From Candidatus Brocadiia bacterium (GTDB lineage Bacteria > Planctomycetota > Brocadiia > SM23-32), in contig JBKHIT010000043.1 of NCBI GenBank assembly GCA_046538485.1, positions 1 to 41,914 on the forward strand: a stretch of 41,914 nucleotides of DNA, written 5' to 3'. Position 1 is the stretch's first letter, and every line of letters starts with the position of its first letter. The notes under the pieces were generated by a model. It did not search any database and was not told the origin of the DNA. It saw only the letters and a program-made list of their open reading frames with translations. Made by a program: the position numbers and the translations under genes. Shown piece after piece: positions 35,826 to 41,914 of the stretch.

Positions 35826-38096
35826 GTGTCCATAACGAACTGGCTCTGGACAAAACTGATCAGGTACCTCGCGCGAAGCCGGGGGTTTCTGGATCCCATT
35901 CGTCTGCTGTCGCGGCTCGACCGATTGAGTCAACCGTCGGAGGTGCGGGCACCTCTGGAACTATTGCGTGCAGGTGCCGTTTTCCACGCGCGAGGTCTGA
36001 TCAATGCGCGGGTCATACAGAACAATCTCGACTGGATCTGGCCCTACTGGGTCAAACGGCAGTTTGACCCCGCCGATGAATCGTTTCTGCCGCGGGGTTT
36101 TACGGCCAGCCACGTGAACCTGACCCACCGTAACTGGACGGCGATCGGTATGCCCGACAGCGATACCATGCCAATTGTCGACCCCCGGGGGCTGCTGACA
36201 CCATTCTTCGACGGTTGGTCGATCGATACGGCGTTCGTGGGCGACAACGGGACCTCTGTCTTCCCCTCCCAAAGTGAGCAGGTACAACAGACTTTGAGTC
36301 TGGCAGACGGGTTTCTTGGCATCCGCACGGTAATTGAGAGGAAAGAAGTCGAGATGCATACTTACGCTCACGTCGAGCGCGCGGCGGAAACCGATGTGTG
36401 TTACCTGCAGGCGCGGGCTACGGGAGAGGATGGCTGGCTGGTTGTAAGCTTGCGGCCGTTCAACCCGGAAGGCATCAGCTTCGTCAACACGGTCGAGTTG
36501 CTGGCGGACCGCGAGGGTTGGGAGATCGATGGGAAGACTCGTCTGCGATTCAACCGTTGCCCCGAACAGCATGCAGTGTCAAATTACAAAAGCGGCGATG
36601 TGTTGATCTGCCTGGTGGACAGCGAAAAGGGGACCGAGGTGAAGTGCAAGGCCGGCCTGGCAACGGCCGCTGCGATGTTTCGCGTCGAGCGCGGATCGAA
36701 CGAAGTGGTTGAAGTATGTGTTGACCTGAGTCAGGACAAGGAGTGCGACGGTGTTGTGTCCGGTGTTGAGACGGCCGGTTGGTCTGACGCACTGGAAGGA
36801 CTCTGTCAGATCGATATTCCCAACAACCGATGGAAGGAGCTGTTCGAAAATGCGCTGAGGAGCGTAATCCTGCACAGTCCGAAAGAAGTCTACCCGGGCC
36901 CATATACCTATAAACGGTTCTGGTTCCGGGACGCGGCCTACATCCTTAACGGGCTGATGAGTGTGGGAGCGGTGGATCGTGCCGAAAGGGCTCTCGACCA
37001 GTTTTCGGACCGGCAACGTATTGGCGGGTATTTTCACAGCCAGGACGGCGAATGGGATTCGAACGGGGAGGCACTGTGGGTCATGAATCGGTTCTGTGAA
37101 TTAACCGGTTCGCAGCCAAAACAAGAATGGAAAGATGCTGTAATACGAGGAGCAAAGTGGATTGACCGAAAACGCTGTTCGCAGGAAATTGACGAAGACC
37201 ACGCGGGACTTTTACCGGCCGGTTTCAGTGCGGAACACTTTGGGAACAATGATTACTATTACTGGGATGACTTCTGGAGCATTGCAGGGCTGCGCGGTGC
37301 GGCTCGAATGTGCGAAAAGTGGGCAGAGCAAGAAAAAGCAGACCATTTCAGAGAGATCGCAGAGTCGCTTGAAACTGCAATCGAGCGAAGTCTGAGCCGC
37401 ACCAGCGATAGACGCACACACCAGGGCGTTCCCGCTTCTCCCTATAGACGGATGGATGGGGCCGCTGTCGGAATTATGGTGGCAAGCTATCCACTCCAAA
37501 TCTGGTCGGCAGAGGATGATCGGATCCTGGATACCATCGAATACCTTCGTGAGGAGTGTTTTTTAGACGGTGCATTTTTCCATCACGTGATGCATTCGGG
37601 CGTGAATGCGTACCTCACCCTTCACATCGCGCAAGCGCTGTTGCGGGCGGGGGATATGCAATTTTATTCAATGGCGGAACGCATTGGCGAGCTGGCCTCC
37701 CCCACAGGCCAGTGGCCGGAGGCAATTCATCCACACACCGACGGCGGGTGCATGGGAGACGGCCAGCACATCTGGGCGGCTTCGGAATGGATCATGATGT
37801 TGCGGAATATGTTCGTGCGGGAAGAAGGGAAACAGATCATTCTGGCGTCAGGGGTGCCTGAAGAATGGTTGCAAAGCGGAGAAACTCTGCGGTTGGGCCC
37901 AACTTTCACTCGTCAGGGACCAATCAGTGTTGAGATTGATGCCGGTGATGAAGCCGCAGAAATCCGATTAGATGGGCAGTGGCGAGACGAATCTTTCCCA
38001 ATCGAAGTGCGTCTTCCAGCAGCCTCGAAGACCGTAAAAGCCGAAGGCCCGACACAAACTATCACTGTTCCGCTCAAAACGGAAGGGCGTGAATGA
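35826..38096 (+). CDS. Six-hairpin glycosidase-like protein (GH15/amylo-alpha-1,6-glucosidase-like)
   Basis: YKRFWFRDAAY, GEWDSNGEALW, GFSAEH, YYWDDFW, GQWPEAIHP, MGDGQHIWAA. GTG start after GGAGG. Confidence 0.75.
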   Translation: MSITNWLWTKLIRYLARSRGFLDPIRLLSRLDRLSQPSEVRAPLELLRAGAVFHARGLINARVIQNNLDWIWPYWVKRQFDPADESFLPRGFTASHVNLTHRNWTAIGMPDSDTMPIVDPRGLLTPFFDGWSIDTAFVGDNGTSVFPSQSEQVQQTLSLADGFLGIRTVIERKEVEMHTYAHVERAAETDVCYLQARATGEDGWLVVSLRPFNPEGISFVNTVELLADREGWEIDGKTRLRFNRCPEQHAVSNYKSGDVLICLVDSEKGTEVKCKAGLATAAAMFRVERGSNEVVEVCVDLSQDKECDGVVSGVETAGWSDALEGLCQIDIPNNRWKELFENALRSVILHSPKEVYPGPYTYKRFWFRDAAYILNGLMSVGAVDRAERALDQFSDRQRIGGYFHSQDGEWDSNGEALWVMNRFCELTGSQPKQEWKDAVIRGAKWIDRKRCSQEIDEDHAGLLPAGFSAEHFGNNDYYYWDDFWSIAGLRGAARMCEKWAEQEKADHFREIAESLETAIERSLSRTSDRRTHQGVPASPYRRMDGAAVGIMVASYPLQIWSAEDDRILDTIEYLREECFLDGAFFHHVMHSGVNAYLTLHIAQALLRAGDMQFYSMAERIGELASPTGQWPEAIHPHTDGGCMGDGQHIWAASEWIMMLRNMFVREEGKQIILASGVPEEWLQSGETLRLGPTFTRQGPISVEIDAGDEAAEIRLDGQWRDESFPIEVRLPAASKTVKAEGPTQTITVPLKTEGRE

Positions 38097-39373
38097 ATAT
38101 TGCGATGCTCACCAACACGTTTAAGCCGCACGTCGGAGGAGTCGCTGAGTCGGTGCTGAGGTTCACCGAAGGATACCGCAAGCGCGGACACCGGGTGCTC
38201 GTGGTCGCGCCTGAATACGACGAAGAAACCGAGGACGAAAACAATGTGGTAAGGATGACGTCAATTGATGAGTTGACCGGCAGCGATTTCACGATTGCTC
38301 TGCCGGTGTCCCCGAAATTGCGACAGCAACTGGACGATTTTGCGCCCCAGATTCTTCACTCCCACCAACCGTTTCTGGTGGGGGATACGGCGGTACGACT
38401 TGCGGCGTCGCGGGATTTGCCGCTGGTTTTTACCTATCACACGAATTACGAGCACTACACCCGCTATGCTCCGGTGGATACCAGGGGCATACAGAAATTT
38501 ATCATCGAGCTGAGCACCGGCTATTCCAACCTCTGCGATCGGGTTATAGCACCGAGTGAAAGCGTTGCCGAGATGCTCCGGTCGCGCGGTGTGACAACCC
38601 CAATTCGCGTCATTCCCACCGGCGTGGAAGTCGATCGGTTTGCAAAAGGGGATAAGGAGATCGGCCGGGAAAAAGCCGGAATCCCCCGAGAAGCTTTTGT
38701 GGTGGGCCACGTCGGACGACTCGCCCCGGAGAAGAACCTCGTTTTTCTGGCCGAAAGCATCTCCCGTTTTCTGAATGAGTCCGAGTATGCACATGCCATG
38801 ATCGTCGGATCTGGACCGTCCCAAAGCGAGATGGAGGACGCTTTTCAAAGAGGGACAGTGGCCGATCGAGTGCACTTTACCGGTGTACTGAAGAACCAGG
38901 AGCTTGTCGACGCTTACCATGCCATGGATGTGTTCGCGTTTGCTTCTCACACCGAGACCCAGGGGATGGTTCTTGTGGAGGCGATGGCCGCGGGCAATCC
39001 GGTCGTTGCCCTCGATGCGCCTGGTGCCCGGGAGGTGGTTCAGGATCAGAAGAATGGGTGTCTTCTGGACGATGAGGATCGGGGTGCGTTTTCCGATTCT
39101 CTGAAGTGGGTGGAGAATCGGGAGGAGACTGAGATCAAGGCGATCCGGAAATGCGCGCGATCATCTGCGAAAGATTTTGATATTGCACATTGTGTCGAAG
39201 ACGCCCTGGAACTTTACGAGGAAATTACTTCGGATGATGAACGGAAACATAGGCCGCGGAATACGGCCCGAATGGACGCGATACTGGACGGACTTGCACG
39301 CGAGTGGGAGCTCTGGTCGGCGCGGTTGAAAGCGCTGGCAAGGGCCGCGACACCGGAAGAGGAAGATGAGTGA
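38093..39373 (+). CDS. Glycosyltransferase family 4 protein
   Basis: MNIAMLTNTFKPHVGGVA, VFTYHT, VGRLAPEKNL, ETQGMVLVEAMAAG (EX7E); ATGA overlap with the upstream gene. Confidence 0.92.
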   Translation: MNIAMLTNTFKPHVGGVAESVLRFTEGYRKRGHRVLVVAPEYDEETEDENNVVRMTSIDELTGSDFTIALPVSPKLRQQLDDFAPQILHSHQPFLVGDTAVRLAASRDLPLVFTYHTNYEHYTRYAPVDTRGIQKFIIELSTGYSNLCDRVIAPSESVAEMLRSRGVTTPIRVIPTGVEVDRFAKGDKEIGREKAGIPREAFVVGHVGRLAPEKNLVFLAESISRFLNESEYAHAMIVGSGPSQSEMEDAFQRGTVADRVHFTGVLKNQELVDAYHAMDVFAFASHTETQGMVLVEAMAAGNPVVALDAPGAREVVQDQKNGCLLDDEDRGAFSDSLKWVENREETEIKAIRKCARSSAKDFDIAHCVEDALELYEEITSDDERKHRPRNTARMDAILDGLAREWELWSARLKALARAATPEEEDE

Positions 39374-39420
39374 GTCACTTCAGTCTTGTGACCTGGAGCT
39401 ACGATTACAGGAGGTTAACG

Positions 39421-40092
39421 ATGACAGCTGAACAATCGGAAGAGAATATTGTAAAGATCGATGCCCATGGTGCTGAACTCGAAGGAAACCTTTTGATTCC
39501 CGAGGAAGCCGAAGGAATCGTTCTATTTGCCCATGGAAGCGGCAGCAGCCGTCACAGCCCGCGCAACAAAAAAGTGGCCCGGGACCTGCGCGATCGAGGG
39601 CTGGCAACATTGCTATTCGATCTGCTGACTGCTGAAGAGGACAAGGTTGACAGAGTGACACGCGAACACCGCTTCGACATACCAAAACTCGCGGACCGTC
39701 TCTCGGGGGCGACTGACTGGCTCGAACAACAACCGGAGGCAGAAGCCCTTCATTTTGGTTACTTTGGTTCCAGTACAGGTTCGGCAGCAGCACTTATCGC
39801 TGCGGCCAAAGGCCCAGAACGGATAGATGCCGTCGTCAGCCGGGGCGGTCGTGTGGATATGGCCGAAAAAGCTCTGCCAGAAGTCCAGGCTCCCACACTC
39901 ATGATAGTCGGGGGAAGAGATCCGCAGGTGCGAAAACTGAATGAGCAGGCGCAAAGCCAGCTTGAATGCGAATGCAGGCTTGAAATTGTCGAAGGAGCAA
40001 CTCATCTCTTCGAAGAACCGGGCGCGCTCGATGAAGTGGCACGGGTAGCAGGGGACTGGTTCGTGGAACATCTCACGGAAAACGAGAGCTGA
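39421..40092 (+). CDS. Dienelactone-hydrolase-like alpha/beta hydrolase
   Basis: AGGAGG RBS before ATG 39421; FAHGSGSSRHSPRN, GYFGSSTG, VSRGGRVD, IVGGRD, GATHLFEEPG. Confidence 0.88.
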   Translation: MTAEQSEENIVKIDAHGAELEGNLLIPEEAEGIVLFAHGSGSSRHSPRNKKVARDLRDRGLATLLFDLLTAEEDKVDRVTREHRFDIPKLADRLSGATDWLEQQPEAEALHFGYFGSSTGSAAALIAAAKGPERIDAVVSRGGRVDMAEKALPEVQAPTLMIVGGRDPQVRKLNEQAQSQLECECRLEIVEGATHLFEEPGALDEVARVAGDWFVEHLTENES

Positions 40093-40267
40093 GAAAAAAT
40101 TGCTTGACCCCACAGCGAGATCTTGCAATGATAAAAGTGTCTGTGGCGCCACTGATTTGGGTTTTGCATGAGTTCGGGCTTGAGGCCCCCCCGAAATCAG
40201 GGTCAGGTCTTTTGTTCCATAACAGGCGTGTTCGTTCCAGCGAAAAAATATTGACGGAGAAGAAAGC

Positions 40268-41371
40268 ATGGATGAGGGAGTTCTGCAGCACGAAAAGGAG
40301 AAGGCTTACAAAGGTTATACATTATTCAGTGAGACGTTTGGCACGCCATGGTCGGAAGACCAGCCTGCCCGGAATATTTACCTGATCGATATGGAAGGGA
40401 GAGTCGTCCACCAGTGGGAAGTTCAAACCACGCTCCAGTCGTATTGTCGGCTCTTGCCTGACGGCAATTTGATTTATCCCACTCACGATCGTTCGGACGT
40501 CGCCAGCGGGAAAGTTGGGCTGTACGAAATCACTCCTGAGAGTCAGGTGGTCTGGCACTATCGTTGCCGGACCGATCACGATTTCCAAATCCTGGAAGAC
40601 GATTGTTTTCTGATCAACACCATCACCGAGTATATGACACCCGCTCTGGGACCGGAGCTGAAACGCCATCCGTATATCGTTGAGACCAACCGGGACAAGG
40701 AACTTGTCTGGGAGTGGCGGGGCGACGAACATCTGGAAGAACTTCAGGCACGCTTGACGGCCGACGGTTGGGACCATCTAATGGAACGAGCTCGCGGGGA
40801 TTTTGCTTTCGATTGGGCGCACAATAACACTGTCCAAATAATTCCACCAAACGATACTCACGATAAAGAAGTGGAAGACGGCAAACCCCCGAGATTTAAA
40901 CCGGGAAATTTTTTCATCTCATACCGCAGTGTTGACGTAATTGCGGTGGTGGAAAGACCCTCCGGACGGATTGTATGGGCGTGGGGCCCGGGCATACTGG
41001 ACGGCCAGCATAAACCTCATATGCTGAAGAACGGGAATGTGCTGATTTTTGACAACGGCGCTCTGCGAGGTTACTCGCGCGTCATTGAGCTCAACCCTCT
41101 GACGGAAAAGATCGAATGGGAATATAAAACTGATCCCCCCGAAGATTTCTTCAGCCCGTTTATTTCCGGCGCCCAAAGATTGCAGAACGGAAATACGCTT
41201 ATATGTGAGGGAGCCAATGGACGCCTGTTCGAGGTAACGCCCGAAAAAGAAATCGTCTGGGAATTTGCAAATCCATACCACAGCGAAGAAAGCCGCCCGA
41301 ATGTGTATCGTTGCCTCCGGTATTCGGAAGACTACGTGCAGCCGCTGCTGGAACGCATTGACGAGAACTGA
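40268..41371 (+). CDS. Arylsulfotransferase (ASST) family beta-propeller protein
   Basis: GYTLF, YLIDMEGRVVHQW, DWAHNN, GQHKPH...GNVLIFDNG...SRVIE, SGAQRLQNGNTLICEG..GRLFEVT. Confidence 0.85.
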   Translation: MDEGVLQHEKEKAYKGYTLFSETFGTPWSEDQPARNIYLIDMEGRVVHQWEVQTTLQSYCRLLPDGNLIYPTHDRSDVASGKVGLYEITPESQVVWHYRCRTDHDFQILEDDCFLINTITEYMTPALGPELKRHPYIVETNRDKELVWEWRGDEHLEELQARLTADGWDHLMERARGDFAFDWAHNNTVQIIPPNDTHDKEVEDGKPPRFKPGNFFISYRSVDVIAVVERPSGRIVWAWGPGILDGQHKPHMLKNGNVLIFDNGALRGYSRVIELNPLTEKIEWEYKTDPPEDFFSPFISGAQRLQNGNTLICEGANGRLFEVTPEKEIVWEFANPYHSEESRPNVYRCLRYSEDYVQPLLERIDEN

Positions 41372-41653
41372 CGCGGCAGAAGACGGGATATCGGCACCGG
41401 ACGCCCGGACCGGACGAAGACCCAATTTGGATTGTAACAATTTTTGTGATTGCAGCATCTGTATCCCGTCATGGGAGACTTGGGGAAGTTAAACGGCGGG
41501 GCTTAAGGGACCAAAGCAACAAAAGCTCTTGAACTCGCTCCTGATATGCGCAGCTGCCCAAAGTTGCGTTCATATCCTTTAGCCCAGGTCTTGTTTAACC
41601 CACATTTCTCAGTGTGCCTTATTGTATGCGTTTAGCGTTGGTGCTGTCGGTAA

Positions 41654-41878
41654 GCCCGCGGAGCGGGCGTGGCAGACGTAGCCCGGGGCGAAATGAGGCC
41701 GCTGTTTTGGCCGAACGAGCCCCGGGTTAGCATTGGGAAGCCGGAGGAGGCGGATCGCCTCGCCGGAGGCGAGCGCGGCAAGCTTGCCGCGGCGAACACA
41801 GTTCGCGCGTTCCGCCGGCACGTCCCCCGAACCGCTAACCCCGGGCTTCCCCCGAAGAGCCCGGGATCGCCCGGGGCT
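41654..41878. repeat. GC-rich multi-hairpin REPIN-like element
   Basis: GCCCGC-GGA-GCGGGC; TAGCCCGGGGC...GCCCCGGGTTAGC; GCTAACCCCGGGC...GCCCGGGGCT; internal palindromes TCGCCTC..GAGGCGA and GCGGCAAGCTTGCCGC. Confidence 0.65.
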
Positions 41879-41914
41879 CCTATGAGGCCGTTTGTCAAGA
41901 CCAAAATCCATTCC

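Noticed and set aside
41609..41911. Minus-strand ORFs at the window end
   Set aside because: They are Pro/Arg/Gly-rich translations of the palindromic repeat.

Overview
Bacterial DNA using the standard genetic code (TGA ends many genes). The gene content (URO-D-like paralog, DUF4159, giant TPR proteins, DUF3604, heparinase-like, arylsulfotransferase, GC-rich REP-like palindromes) suggests a PVC-type polysaccharide degrader, but this is inference only. The window has four parts. (1) 1-3801: a partial SGNH-like gene, a URO-D-family gene, tRNA-Ser(GCT) with promoter and terminator, and an M14 peptidase. (2) 3932-22073, the centrepiece: an ~18-kb, tightly coupled 8-gene operon. It encodes an apparently intact ExbB/TolQ + two ExbD/TolR ion-driven motor, three proteins with TonB/TolA-like SxxxH-type membrane anchors (one a 3396-aa giant carrying TPRs, PA14-like and F5/8C modules and tandem DxDxD beta-sandwich repeats), a paralogous 944-aa TPR/beta-sandwich protein, and a third TPR protein. 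I see no TonB C-terminal domain, TonB-dependent receptor or TolB/Pal, so this looks like an uncharacterised energised envelope machine. (3) 22164-32700: an accessory, partly decaying zone with a lipoprotein, an internally deleted pseudogene, a vWA gene with one in-frame TGA, a GNAT-DUF3604 fusion, an orphan sigma70 promoter, a heparinase-like gene, an HPF-cold-shock fusion and many REP/MITE-like palindromes. (4) 32720-41371: ligA, a D-2-hydroxyacid dehydrogenase, a six-hairpin glycosidase, a GT4, an alpha/beta hydrolase and an arylsulfotransferase, followed by a REPIN-like element. All family calls are by motif recognition from memory; no searches were run.
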